Positions 12,366 to 24,939 of a stretch of 64,000 nt of DNA are shown here, in pieces. The notes beneath the pieces were generated by a model. The model made no database searches and was not told the origin of the DNA. It saw nothing but the letters and a program-made list of their open reading frames with translations. Made by a program: the position numbers and the translations under genes. Location: the NCBI RefSeq assembly GCF_018350175.1, contig NC_058368.1:167216001-167280000 (forward strand), written 5' to 3'. Numbering within the stretch: position 1 is the stretch's first letter; every line of letters starts with the position of its first letter. The DNA comes from Felis catus (taxonomy: Eukaryota).

Positions 12366-13109
12366 AATTCGCAGCTTTTACCTACTAAGTCTATATTCGT
12401 TATTTATTTCATCTAGTTAATACTGAACAAATGCCTTCTTCATGCAGTATTTTAGGCATTGGATGTACCACAGTGAATCAAGAAGCCATGGTCCATACTG
12501 CCTTCATGGAAGTTAAAGACTAGTATAAATGACATCCAGTAAACAACTAAATGTATATTTAAACACAACATACTGTGGCCACTTAAATGAGAAAAAGAAT
12601 AAGGTACTGTACGAAGGATAGCTGTAGGTAGAATATCCAGGGAAAGCTGCTTTTAGTGTAAGATTTAAACTAAGACTTTGGAATTTGAAAGACCTAGGCC
12701 TGCAAAGAATTAGGGAGCAAGGGAACTTGCAGAAGAAATAACTTATGCAAAGGCCTTCAAGCAATAAAGAGTGAGATAATTTCCAGGAACTAAAGCAGAC
12801 AGCAGTATTGGAGAATGAGTGGATGAGTTTAGGGGGAAAGGCAAGAGATGTGTTCAGAGGAGTTGACAGGAACCAGAGCATGAATAGCCTTGTAGGTAAT
12901 GGTAAAGAATCAAATTTTTATTCTTATATAAACTTTTGAAGATGTTTTTTAAGTAAAAACATGGAATTTTAAAGATGAGTTGGCTTGCCAGGTTGAAAAT
13001 TGACTGGGTAGGGCAACAGTGCAGTAGTCTAGACTAGAGGCAGTGGTGGCTTGGACAAGGACAGTAGCAGGAACTAGATTGGAGTGACATTTAGAAAGTG
13101 AAATACATA

Positions 13110-13340
13110 TGGAGTGCCTGGGTGGCTCAGTCGGTTGGGTGTCCAACTTCAGTTCAGGTCATGATCATCTCACGGTTCATGAGTTCGAGCCCCAGGTTGG
13201 GCTCTGTGCTGACAGCTCAGAGCCTGGAGCCTGCTTTGGATTCTGTGCCTCCCTCTCTCTCTCTCCCCCTACCCTACTCGTACTCTGTCTCTTTCTCAAA
13301 AATTAAACATTTTTAAAAATTTAAAAAAAAAATAAAGAAA
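13110..13340 (+). mobile_element. CAN-SINE with TSD
   Basis: Perfect 17-bp TSD agaaagtgaaatacata at 13093-13109 and 13341-13357. Confidence 0.97.
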
Positions 13341-14849
13341 AGAAAGTGAAATACATAAAACCTGATAAAAGATTTGATATGGTTATAAGGGAGAAGACCA
13401 TCAGCTCTAGGTATGCTGACCTGTACAGGTAGATAAATGCTGAGAGGCTATAGTGAGTTGGTGAAAACTGCAAAAGCATAAGATTAGGGAATAAGGAGTC
13501 ATTTAATTAGTAATTAGTATGCATACATTTAGTGTGATGGTTAATTTTATGTGTCAGCTTGGCTAGGTTATGGTGTCCAGATATTTGGCGGTGACCATAT
13601 CAGTATAGATATAGCTATGAAGGTTTTTTTGGGGGGGGGGGATGAAAATGACATATTAACGTTTATTTGATTAGTGAGATTGAATATTTTAATACATTTA
13701 TTATCCATTTATATTTCTTCTGTGGTTTGCCTGTTGGTGTCATAGAATCATTTCTCTATGAGGGTATTCCTTTTCTTTTTTATTTTATTTTATTATTTAT
13801 TTTATTTTATTCCAGTATAGTTATATATTATATATATAATTATATAATATGTATATATTATAACATATAACTATATATAATTTTATATATATATATATAC
13901 ATATATATATTCCAGTATAGTGTTATATATATAGTGATTCAACAATTCTGTACATTACACGGTGCTCATCACAGTAGGTGTACTCTTAACTCCCTTCACC
14001 TATTTCATCCATCCCTCTACTCACCTCCCCTCTTGTAACCATCACTTTGTTCTCTAGAGTTAAAAGTCTGGTTCTTGGTTTCTCTGTCTCTCTCTCCTTT
14101 TCTTCCTTAGCTCATTTGTTCTGTTCCTTAAATTCCACATATGAGTGCAACTGTATGGTGTTTGTCTTTCTCTGACTGACTTATTTGTATTCTAGATCCA
14201 CCCATGTTGTTGCAATTGTCAAGATTTCATTCTTTTTTATGGCTGGGTAGTATTCCATTTGTGTGTGTGTGTGTGTTTGCGTGTGTGTGTGTGTGTATAT
14301 ATATACACCGCATTTTCTTTATCCATTCATCTATGGATCGATACTGGGCTGGTTCCATAATTTGACAATTGTAAATAATGTTTCAGTAAACATAGAGGTG
14401 CATGTATCTTTTCAAATTACTGTTTTTGTATTGTTTGGGTAAATACCTAGTAGTGAAATTACTGCTTAATATGGTAGTTCTATTTTTAATCATTTGAGGA
14501 ATTTCTGTACTATTCTCCACAGTGACTACACCATTTTGCATTCCCACCAACAGTGCACAAGCATTCCCTTTTCCCTACATGCTTGACAGTAGTTGTTTCT
14601 TGATTTTTTTTTTATTTTAGCCATTTTGACAACTATGAGGTGATAGTGCATTATAGTTTTGATTTGCATTTCCCTGGTGATGAATGGTGTTGAGCATCTG
14701 TATGTCTTCTTTGGAGAAATATCTGTTCATGTCTTCTGCCCATTTTTTAATTGGATTACTTGGTTTTGGGGTGTTGAATTGTATCAGTTCTTTATTTATT
14801 TTGGATACTAACCCTTTAGTGGGTATGTCATTTGAAAATACCTTCTCCA

Positions 14850-15076
14850 GGGGCGCCTGGGTGGCACAGTCAGTTAAGCGTCCGACTTCAGCCAGGTCAT
14901 GATCTCGCGGTCCGTGAGTTTGAGCCCCGCGTCGGGCTCTGGGCTGATGGCTCAGAGCCTGGAGTCTGTTTCCGATTCTGTGTCTCCCTCTCTCTCTGCC
15001 CCTCCCCCGTTCATGCCCTCTCTCTGTCCCAAAAATAAATAAAAAACATTGAAAAAAAAATTAAAAAAAAAAAAAA
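14850..15076 (+). mobile_element. Young felid SINE (SINEC_Fc-type) inside the L1
   Basis: CpG-rich; perfect 16-bp TSD gaaaataccttctcca at 14834-14849 and 15077-15092. Confidence 0.97.
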
Positions 15077-15417
15077 GAAAATACCTTCTCCAATTAAGTA
15101 GGTTGTCTTTTAGTTTCGTTAATTTGTTTCCTTTGTTGAGTGGAAGCTTTTTATTTTGATGTAGTCCCAATAGTTCATTTTTGTTTTTATTTCCCTTACC
15201 TCAGGAGACATATCTAGAAAAATGTTGCTCCCACTTATGTCAGAGAAATTACTGCCTGTGCTCTCTTCTAGGAATTTTATAGTTTTAGGACTCACATTGA
15301 AGTCCTTAGTCCATTTTAAGTTTATTTTTTTGTATCGTGTAAGAAGGTGGTCTAGTTTCTTGCTTTTGCGTGTAGGTGACCAGTTTTCCCAGCACCATTA
15401 AAAACATCATCTTTCTC

Positions 15418-15625
15418 GGGGTGCCTGGGTGGATCAGTCAGTTAAGCGTCTGACTCTTTGTTTCGGCTCAGGTCATGACCTCATGAGTTTGAGCCCCACA
15501 TTGGGCTTGGCACTGGAAGTGTGGAGCCTGCTTGGGATTCTCTCTCTACCTCTCTCTCTGCCCCTTCCCTACTTGTGCTTTTTCTGTCTCTCTCAAAATT
15601 AAATAAATAAAGCTTAAAAAAAAAA
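15418..15625 (+). mobile_element. Older CAN-SINE inside the L1
   Basis: ggggtgcctgggtggatcagtcagttaagcgtctgactct head; degenerate TSD. Confidence 0.93.
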
Positions 15626-18600
15626 GAATGTCTTTTTCTCATTGCATATTCTTGCCTTCTTTGTGAAAGATTAATTGACCATATAATGTAGGTTTATATT
15701 CTGTTCCTTTGATCTATGTGTATATTTTTATGCCAGTACAATGCTGTTTTGATCATTACAGATTTGTAATATACCTTGAAGTCTGGAATTGTGATAACTC
15801 CAGTTTTGTTTTTCATTTTCAGAATTGCTTTGCCTATTTTAGACCTTTTGTGGTTCCATACAAATTTTACCATTGTTTGCTTTAGGTTTGTGAAAAATAC
15901 TGTTGGTATTTTGATGGGGATTATATTAAATCTGTAGGTTGCTTTGTGTAGTATGGACATTTTAACAATATTTGTTCTTCCAATCCATGAGCATGGAATA
16001 TCTTTCCATTTGTTTGAGTGATCTTTAATTTCTCTCATCAGTGCTTAATAGTTTTCAGAGTAGAGGTCTTTCACCTCCTTGTTTAAGTTTATTCCTAGGT
16101 ATTTTATTATTTCTGATGCAATCATAAATAGGAATGTTTTCTTAATTCCTTTCTCTACTGATTAATTGTTAGTGTATAGAAATGTAACAAATTTATGTAT
16201 ATTGATTTTGTGTCCCGTGACCTTACAGAATTCATTTATTTGTTCTAGTAGTTTTTTGGTGGAGTCTTTAGGGTTTTATATATGTAGTATTGTGTCATCT
16301 GCAAATAGTGAAAGTTTTACTTTTTCCTTACCAATTTGGATGCCTGTTATTTCATTTTCTTGTCTGAGTGTGGTGGCCAGGACTTCCAGTACTATGTTGA
16401 ATAAAACTGGTGAGAGTGCATATCCTTGTCTTGTTCCTGATATTAGGCAGAAAGCTCTGTTTTTCAGCATTGAATGTGATGTTAGCTGTGGGTTTTTCAT
16501 ATATGGCCTTTATTATATTGAGGTATGTTTCCTCTAAACCTACTTTGTTGAGAATTTTTATCATGAATGAGTGTTGTATTTTGTCAAATGTTTTTCTGCA
16601 TCTATCGAAATGATCAAATGGTTTTTATCCTTTCTCTTGGTGATGTGATGTGTCACATGGATTGATTTGTGAATATTGTGAATATTGAAACACTCTTGCA
16701 TTGTTATCTCTCCTTGTTGAATTGTCCCCTTAATGATTATTTAGTGTCTTTTTTTGTCTCTTGTTGCAGTCTTTATTGTAAAGTCTATTTTTTTCTAATA
16801 TAAGCATTGCTACCCTGGCTTTCTTTTCACTTCCATTTGCATGATAAATGCTTTTCCACCCCTTCAATTTCAATCTGCATGTGTCTTTTGGTCTGAAATG
16901 AGTCTCTTGTAGGCAGCATATAGATGGGACTTGCTTTTTAGCCATTCTGTCATCCTGTGTCTTTTCATTGGAACATTTAGTCCATTCAAAATACTTATTG
17001 ATAGGTATGTGCTTATTGCCACTCTGTTACTTGTTTTATGGTTGTTTTTGTAGTTCTCTGTTCTCTCATCTCTTGCTCCCTTTTCTCATGATTTGCTGGC
17101 TTTTTTTAGTGATATACTTGATTCCTTTCTTTTTATTTTTTGCATATCTGTTACTGGTTTTTTATTTGTGGTAGGTTGTAATAGGTTTGTATACAACATC
17201 TAATGCATATAGCAGTCCATATTAAGTTGATTGTCACTTAAAGTTGAATCCATTCTTTATTCCTTTCCCTGTCCACCTTTTAGGTATATGATGTCATACT
17301 TTACATCCTTTTATTTTGTGAATCCCTTGACTGAATTTTATAGATATACTTAATTTTACTGCTTTTGTGCTTCCTACTTTTCTTACTCCTGCTTATGATC
17401 TTTCCTTTCCATTCAAAGAGTCCCCTTTAACATGTCTTGTAGGGCTGGTTTAGTGGTCATGAATGCCTTTAACTTTTGTTTGTCTGGAAACCCTTTATCT
17501 CTTTGTGAATGATTGCCTTACTGGATAGAGTAACCTTGGCTACAAGTTGTTTTGTTTTTCTTTCAGCACTTTAAATATATCATGCCACTCCTTTCTGGCC
17601 TGAAAATTTCTGCTGAAAAATCATCTGTCATCCTTACAGGGTTTCTCATTTATGTAACTGTTTTATTTTGCCGCTTTTAAAATTCTCTCTTTATCACTAC
17701 TTTTTGCCATTTTAGTTACTGTGTCTTGGTGTGTAACTCCTTGAGTTGATTTTGTTGTGGGCTCTTTGTGCATCCTGGATCTAGATATCTGTTTCCTTCC
17801 CCAGATTCAGGATGTTTTCAGCTATTGTTTCTTCAAATAAATTTTCTCATTTGTCTTCCCCTTCTGACATCCCCATAATGCAAATGTTATTATGCTTGAT
17901 GGTGTTACTGAGTCCCTAAGTCAATTTCCATTTTTCTTTTTTTTTTTTTTTTTCTCATGTTCAGCTTGACTGTTTTCCATTACTCTCTCCTCCAGGTCAC
18001 TAACCCATTCTTCTGTTTCCTCTAGTCTACTAGTTATTCCATTTAGTTCATTTTTCATTTCATTCATTGAGTTTTTCATGTCTGATTGGTTCTTTTTTAT
18101 GTTTGTTCTCTCTTTGTTAAAGGTCTCACTGAGGTCCTCCACTCTTTTCTCGAGTTCAGTGAGTATCTTTATGACCATTACTTTAAATTTTCTATCAGAC
18201 ACATTACTTATCTCCATTTCATTTAGTTCCCTTGCTGTGATTTTGTCCTGTTCTTTCATTTGGGACATATTCTTCTGTCTCCTCATTTTGTCTAACTCTC
18301 TGTGTTTGTTTCTTTATGTTAGGAAAGTCAGCTACATCTCCTGCTCTTAAAAGTAATGGCCTTTTGAAGAAGAGGTCCGGTAGTGCCCTACAGTGCAATA
18401 TCCCCTATTCACCAGGAGCTGGTGCTTCAGGTATGTCTCCTTTGTGTGTTATGTATGCTCTGCTGTTGTGACTGAGATGCTTTTGCTTTCAGTCCCATTG
18501 GCTGCAATGGTTCTTTTTGCCTATTTTGGGCAGAGTTTGGTCCCTGTGTTGTTAGTGGGCCAGTCTTGGGCCACCTTGAGCTTGAGTTGAGTCAGACCAG

Positions 18601-19234
18601 GCATTTGCCAGAGATGAGATAACACCAAACTGGAGGGTGCTTCCCTTGTGTTGTCCCCTAAGAAGCTTTTGTTGGTTGATAGGGCCTGCAGTCAAACCAA
18701 ATGTCTGCCCCCAGCCCACTGCTGGGACTGCAATCAGATTGGTGTGTGTGGTTATCTTCCCCTTTCCCTGGGGCAGAAATCACTTTGAAGTGGTGCTGGC
18801 TCCTGTCAGCCTGCTTACACATTGCCAGGCTTGTGCCACCATGCAAGACGGGCTCTGGCCAATGGCATATTGGAGGGGGGCGTGTCCACAGGAGAACACA
18901 TGGGCAGTGAACACAGGGCTCCCTGTTAGCAAGTCAGATAGAGAGTGTTGGCACTGCACTGTTCCCACAGGTGTCTATGCTTCTAGGCTGGGAGGCAGGG
19001 GAGGGAAATGGCTCCAGACAGCTCTTTTGTTCTTAGAGAAGTCTCCCAAAGATCTCCAGCACATGCACTGAGATTAGTAAACAAATCTCCCTCCCATATA
19101 CATTGGACATTTTTCAAACTGCTGCTTCTATGCTGTATCTCTTCTGGATTGCTTGTTATGCTGTCTCTTTAAGGGCAGGGACTTGGTTTCCTTTCACCCA
19201 CCTGGCTTTCTCAGAGCTGAGCCTGCTGATTTTT

Positions 19235-19464
19235 TTTTTTATAATTTTTTTTTCTTTTTTTAATGTTTATTTATTTTTGAGACAGAGAGAGACAGAGCTT
19301 GAACACGGGAGGGGCAGAGAGAGAGGCAGACAGAGAATCGGAAGCAGGCTCCAGGCTCTGAGCCATCAGCCCAGAGCCCGATGCGGGGCTCGAACTCACG
19401 GACCGCGAGATCGTGACCTGAGCTGAAGTCGGACGCCCAACCGACTGAGCCACCCAGGCGCCCC
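19235..19464 (-). mobile_element. Young felid SINE inside the L1 5' UTR
   Basis: CpG-rich; TSD gagcctgctgattttt at 19219-19234 and 19466-19481. Confidence 0.97.
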
Positions 19465-20399
19465 AGAGCCTGCTGATTTTTAAAGTTCCAGGTGTTAAGC
19501 CCCACAGATTGTAAGAACTTGCAAAATTATGCCCTTTTGGTTTCAGAACCAAATGCTGGGTTTCCTGTTCCAGGGTATGAGAGTCTGTCTCTTTCCCCTC
19601 TCTAGGACTCTGGTATCCCTCCCTTCAGCAGACAGTCTGGTGGGTCAGAACTCCACCTTTCCTACCCTCTTTGATGTGGCTTCTTCTCTACATTTGGTTG
19701 TGGAGAGTCTGCTCTGCCAGTATTCAGGTTGTTTTCTGGGTTATTTACACTGATGTGGATGTTAGTTGTATCCATGGAAGGAGATGAGCTTAGGGTCCTC
19801 ATGCTCCACCATCTCCCTGCATTTAAATTAGAAGACTTTGTACAAAGCAGATTATCCTCTATAATGTAATTGAGTCTCTCATCTAATCTAACTGAAGGCT
19901 TTAAGAGAAAGAGACTGCGAGCTCTGAGGAAAAGGAAATTCTGCCAGCAGACTCAACCCATAACTTTGGTTCTTCCCTGTGTCTCCAGGCTGCCAAACTG
20001 CCCTGCACATATTGGGCTAGGCAGCCCTACAATCACATGAACCAATTTTTAAAAAATCTCTCTCTCTCTCTCACTCTATAGACATAGATTTCTCTGTTTC
20101 TCTGGAGAACCCTGAAAATACAGTTCATAATGACCTGATATTGTAAAACAAAATACATTTGCCTATATGCATTAAGACTTGTAAAAAATATATCAAATAT
20201 TAGAGTTTTAGAGGTTTTATGACTGGGGTGCCTATGAGACATTCAAATGAAGATGTCAAGTAGGGAACTGGATATGCAACTCAGAAACTCAGAAAACAGT
20301 GACCTGGGGTTGTATTGTTATGATTTGTCAGCATATTAGTAAATTTTAACATCCATGGGAGTAGAAGAGACGTTTAACTAGTGAGAAATTTCCAGAATT

Positions 20400-20588
20400 T
20401 TTCTAATTGCTTTGTATATCTCATTTTTTTTAAAGTTTATAGCAACTCCATAAAATAGGCATTATAATCCCCAATTTACAGATGTAGAATTGAGACTTAA
20501 AAATTAATTATTTTGCCGGAAGCCACACAGGTTAAATTCAAACCTCAGAATGACTGACTCCAAAGCCAACTCTCTTAATCATTGTGCT
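20400..20588 (-). mobile_element. MIR relic
   Basis: attataatccccaatttacagatgtagaattgagactta...tgactccaaagcc. Confidence 0.7.
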
Positions 20589-20633
20589 TTTATCTTATTT
20601 TTCTTTAGCTTCAGATTATTTTATCAGGAGATC

Positions 20634-20830
20634 TTTTTTTTTTTAATTTTTTAATATTTATTTATTTATTTTTGAGAGAGAGAGAATGCAAACTGGGGGA
20701 AGTAGAGAGAGAGAGATTCCCAAGCAGGCTCCATACGTAGGTCAGAGCCCAACACAGGGCTCTCCATCTCACTATACCAGAGCTGAAATCAAGAGTCAGA
20801 TGCTGAACCTACTGATCCACCTGGGCGCCC
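20634..20830 (-). mobile_element. Older CAN-SINE
   Basis: T tail, GA linker, head ending ccacctgggcgccc; degenerate TSD ttatca(g/t)gag. Confidence 0.9.
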
Positions 20831-20959
20831 ATTATCATGAGTTTTAAACCCAGTTTTAACTTTGTAAGTAAAAGATTTAACAAATAGTTAAGTAAAACAG
20901 TAAAATCTTTCTGGAAACTGAATTCTTAACACATACAAAAAGCTAAGGTTATTTTAATA

Positions 20960-21435
20960 CCATTTGACACAATAATTTCACTTGTAAAATATACTCTAAA
21001 GAAATAAACAGAGGGGAAGATAAAGATGTTTTGCATAGGGATGGCCCTTACCAGATTACTGATAATCTTGGAAACCTGGAATAGCCTAAACATCCAAAGG
21101 TATGTGAATGGTTAAATAAATCATTATGTATTCACCTAATGTTTATTATGTAGTCATTGAAAAATCATAAATTCAAAAATACTTCAAAATATTAGGAAAT
21201 GCTACAAATATTAGGTGGGAAAATGCACACATATGTTTAATGATAATATGATGTTAAAAGTATATTTGTACATGTGCATGTAAAGAGGTTATGTAGACAG
21301 TATACCAAATATTAAGAGTGCTTACCTCTATGTTGGAGAGTGGGTAATTTTAAATTCTTTTTCATATTTTTTAAGTACTTTCTAAATTTTTCTGCAATGA
21401 ATATGTATTACATTGCACTAAGAAAAAAAAACCTT
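20960..21435 (+). mobile_element. Ancient L1 (L1ME-like) 3' relic
   Basis: ttgacacaataatttcacttgt...cctaaacatccaaagg..gaatggttaaataaatca...ttttctgcaatgaatatgtatta. Confidence 0.6.
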
Positions 21436-21617
21436 TTGTTTTATTTTTAATAAATGATGAATTTCAAAATCCAGGAGCTAAAACTGTAAAGCTTCTATTC
21501 TCTAGCAAACTAAGTCATTTAATATGTTAGCTTCAGCTATAGCATGTGTTTATATTTTTATTAAAATTTTAATGAGTTTAAAAATACTAATCTTCTAGAA
21601 AGTTTTAAGAATTAATG

Positions 21618-21680
21618 TTTATATTGTGCTTTGGGATCCTTGGCTAAAAGGTGCTACATAATGCAATATATTATTATTAA
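21618..21680 (+). mobile_element. 3' tail of an ancient amniote SINE (AmnSINE / MIR1_Amn type)
   Basis: gtgctttgggatccttggctaaaaggtgctacataatgcaatatattattatt resembles the L2-type tail gcgctttgggatcctt...aaaggcgctatataaatg...tattattatt. Confidence 0.55.
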
Positions 21681-21965
21681 ATGTTATTAAAGTAAATTGA
21701 AGGCAAAGCATGTAATAAAAATTTCCCTGTGGCAAAAATCTGAAGTCCATATATGGTTTCATGGTACTTCGATCACATTTAACTGTGAAAGTACCAACAT
21801 TAACATGAAAAGATTTTTGCGGTGGCCTGGAATCAACAATAAATACGTACTGTGTAGCATTTCATATTTAATTACACATCATATATCATAGTAGATTTTG
21901 AAATTATACACCACAAAATTTTATATTACTAGGTGCCAAAATTACAAATGTTAAAATGTTTTTCT

Positions 21966-22132
21966 GGGGCCCCTGGGTGGCTCAGTTGGTTGGGCGTCCA
22001 ACTTCGGCTCAGGTCATGATCTCATGTTTAGTGGGTTCAAGCCCCGCATCAGGCTCTGTGCTGTCAGCTTCAGAGCCTGGAGCCTGCTTCAGATTCTGTG
22101 CCTCCCTCTCTCTCTACCCCTCCCCCATTCAT

Positions 22133-22185
<53 letters not shown>

Positions 22186-22216
22186 AATAAATAAACGTTA
22201 AAAAACATTTAAAAAA
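21966..22216 (+). mobile_element. CAN-SINE with an expanded (CT)n linker
   Basis: Head ggggcccctgggtggctcagttggttgggcgtcc; pure (TC)n about 22136-22182. Confidence 0.95.
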
Positions 22217-22336
22217 TATATTTTTTATTTTAGAGAATTCACACAGCTAGTTTCTCTTGATAACAGTAATATTAAGGGCATATTGATAGAAATGGAATTT
22301 TTAAATCTCAAACCACCATCAAAACTTCCAGGTGTA

Positions 22337-22558
22337 GGGGCGCCTGGGTGGCGCAGTCGGTTAAGCGTCCGACTTCAGCCAGGTCACGATCTCGCGGTCC
22401 GGGAGTTCGAGCCCCGCGTCGGGCTCTGGGCTGATGGCTCAGAGCCTGGAGCCTGTTTCCAATTCTGTGTCTCCCTCTCTCTCTGCCCCTCCCCCGTTCA
22501 TGCTCTGTCTCTCCCTGTCCCAAAAATAAATAAATGTTGAAAAAAAATTTAAAAAAAA
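22337..22558 (+). mobile_element. Young felid SINE
   Basis: CpG-rich; TSD aaa(a/c)cttccaggtgta at 22321-22336 and 22559-22574. Confidence 0.97.
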
Positions 22559-23195
22559 AAACCTTCCAGGTGTATAATCATATTTTCAGTCAGTTCTTAT
22601 TCACATTAGAAGCGAGTATTAGAAGTAACTAATAGAGAGCATCTATCAGTCAGGTCCTCAGATCTTCTGACTTACAATAATCATGATATACAAGTGAGGA
22701 GAAAAAGAATATTTGCAGAGACTATATCTATGTAAATAATAGAAAGAATCAGGAAGGAGGAGAAGATAATTATGTTTGTTGGTTTCAAATTCATAATGTG
22801 GGATGTTCAGTAACAACTTCAGGGTAGCAAGAGAACTGGAGAATTTAGGAAGGACTTTTTAGAAACCTAATTAAGAAATTCTCTTCAAAATACTATGAAG
22901 GAAGTAGGTAGACATTGGAATTCTTTAGTTGTCTTTGTTGGCTGGACACTTTTTTAAAAAAATATTTGATTCTTTGGAAATTGTGTCAACTGAGGCTGCA
23001 AGATTTATTTGGGTAACAAAGGAATGTAATTGAAAAACAAATGAGTTATAACGTTAATCACTCTAGTCAAATGTACATATTAAAGATCATTTCCCTTTTA
23101 TTACACAAGTCAAAGGAAAATACTCCCATGTTTTAAGAGGTTAATTCTAATATTAGTTTAGAAAGTCATATTTTGCAAATTAAATTATTAGAATT

Positions 23196-23386
23196 GGGGT
23201 GCCTGGGTGACTCAGTTGGTTAAGTGTCTGACTTTGGCTCAGGTCATGATCACGGGATTCCTGGGTTCAAGCCCCAAGTCAGGCTCTGTGCTGACAGCTC
23301 AGAGCCTGGAGCCTGCTTCAGATTCTGTGTCTCCCTCTTTCTTTGCCCCTCCCCCCCTCTCTCTCACACACACATACACACACACA

Positions 23387-23443
<57 letters not shown>

Positions 23444-23466
23444 AAACGTAAATAAACATTTAAAAA
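23196..23466 (+). mobile_element. CAN-SINE with a (CA)n/(CT)n linker
   Basis: Head ggggtgcctgggtgactcagttggttaag; compound microsatellite about 23357-23443. Confidence 0.95.
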
Positions 23467-23694
23467 CTGATGAAAATAAGAATTAGCCAGCATTGGTAAA
23501 ATATGGATGAGGTTAGGCAGCTTTTTTTCACAAGTGAACTGTTCTTTAATATGTAAAAAATCCTTCAATAATGAACATTTTCTTTGATGTTTTTCAATTG
23601 CCTAAATGGAAGTTAACATTTTTAATGAATAAAACAATATAAGTTATATATAAGCCAGAAGACAATTTCAAAAAATAAGTGCCTTATGAAATGA

Positions 23695-23840
23695 TGAGGT
23701 TAAACTTTAGTATGCATTAGAATCATCAGGGTAGTTTATTTCAAATATAGATTCCAGGGTTCAGTCTGATGTGGAACCTAGGCATCTGGCCAAATGATTC
23801 TGAAGCAGAAGAGTTAAAAATCAGTTTGAGAAACATTGAG
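23695..23840. mobile_element. MER5-like hAT MITE
   Basis: aaactttagtatgcattagaatcatcaggg...tgattctgaagcag...tttgagaaacattg. Confidence 0.6.
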
Positions 23841-24213
23841 TTAAGGTTTAATTCCAAATAATTGGAGAAACTTTATGATCTGCAAAGCTATATATGATAT
23901 TTTTCAGCAAGTTTTTACATACATAATATCCTAAAAAGTACTAATTGCAAGTCAAATTCTAAATCCACATACACAATTTCAGAACCACATAGAATTTCCA
24001 TGCAAACTTCGGTCAGCCCATTCTTAAATTTGGCTGAACATTTTTAACTTCAGAAACCAATGTCCACGTGGACTGTTTTTATGGCACAAATTTACTATGG
24101 TAAATTATTGGCATAGTATTGAATAATAAAACTAATAAGGTTATTAAAAAGTAGTTATTTACATTAGAAAAATTGAAAACTCATTGTTCTCTCTTGTCAA
24201 TTTTTTCTCCCAG

Positions 24214-24270
24214 GTTTTGTCCATATGCATAAAGCAAAATGAAAATTTATATAATTTTCTGTGAATCTGA
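24214..24270 (+). pseudogene. Pseudo-exon: VLSICIKQNENLYNFL*I* (resembles the TBC LL...DPELYxHL helix)
   Basis: Strong acceptor ttgtcaattttttctcccAG|G. Donor TGA|GTAATG (alternative GA|GTAAGG at 24291/24292). Both stops are TGA, consistent with CGA decay. Confidence 0.5.
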
Positions 24271-24939
24271 GTAATGGGCCTTTGAGTTTGAGTAAGGAGA
24301 TCTGGTTTTCCTTATATCTTTTTCTTCTAACTTGTCTGGGTAATTTCTTTGATTCTCTAACTTACACAATCATTATATCTGTCACTGACTTGACCGATGT
24401 GTTACAGAAAAATATCAGAATCATAAAATTCTGTCAGAAAAATTGACCATAACTCATCTACATATACATCAGAGTAGTTCAGCTAGAATTCAAAAGTTCA
24501 GATCTGAAAGCACTTACTAAGCATTTTTATAGAAAAGCATTGTATAGGTTGCTTTTTTATTAATGGTTCCAAATGATTGGTCATATTTCAGTTCGAAAAC
24601 ATAAACATCAAGCTCTGAGCACCTCCCAGACAGAAGTCTGGTTTTATTCATCACTTACTGTATCTCAGTGCCTAGAATAGTTCTGAGAAATAATAAGAGC
24701 TCAATATGTATTTGTAAGACTATACATTATATTGGTAAATTTTTATAGATCAAGGTCAAAGATTATGCACTGTTTGAGAGAGTCAGGTAGAGTCATTCTT
24801 CTATGTCCAAGAAGGTGCCTGTCAGTGGTTTGTGATCAGAAAGTGGTAAATCATGTCAAGATGTTATATAATGTTTGTGGTCATCATAGTAATTCTGAGT
24901 ATGGTTTTATTCACTTGTCTTTTTCCTTTCATTGTACAG

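Larger units (their letters stand above)
13771..19818 (-). mobile_element. Carnivore L1, 5' end present, internally deleted, inactive
   Basis: 5' UTR start (cagggagatggtggagcatgaggaccctaagctc on minus); ORF1 from 18286 (MRRQKNMSQMKEQDK); endonuclease ICCLQETHF (16730-16945); [20 protein letters not shown]...LFADD (16276-16500); [11 protein letters not shown] (15694-16038); A-rich tail 13771-13811; many frameshifts. Confidence 0.95.
13533..20122 (+). mobile_element. MLT2D-like ERVL solo LTR split by the L1 (pieces 13533 to about 13655 and 19820-20122)
   Basis: 5' end tgtgatggttaattttatgtgtcagcttggctagg; resumes catttaaattagaagactttg..aaagcagatta; 3' end tctctggagaaccctgaaaataca. Confidence 0.85.
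12395..20370 (-). mobile_element. L2 relic interrupted by nested insertions (pieces about 12395-13510 and 20200-20370)
   Basis: L2 3' end (ccacagtgaatcaagaagccatggtcc..gccttcatggaag) continues after the nest with gagacattcaaatgaagatgtcaagtagggaactggatat. Confidence 0.6.

Noticed and set aside
14850..14930. tRNA genes (A and B boxes visible here and at other copies)
   Set aside because: These are tRNA-derived SINE heads followed by a CT linker, A tail and TSD.
15694..18286. Functional L1 ORF1/ORF2 coding sequences
   Set aside because: Broken by frameshifts, stops, SINE insertions and a large internal deletion.
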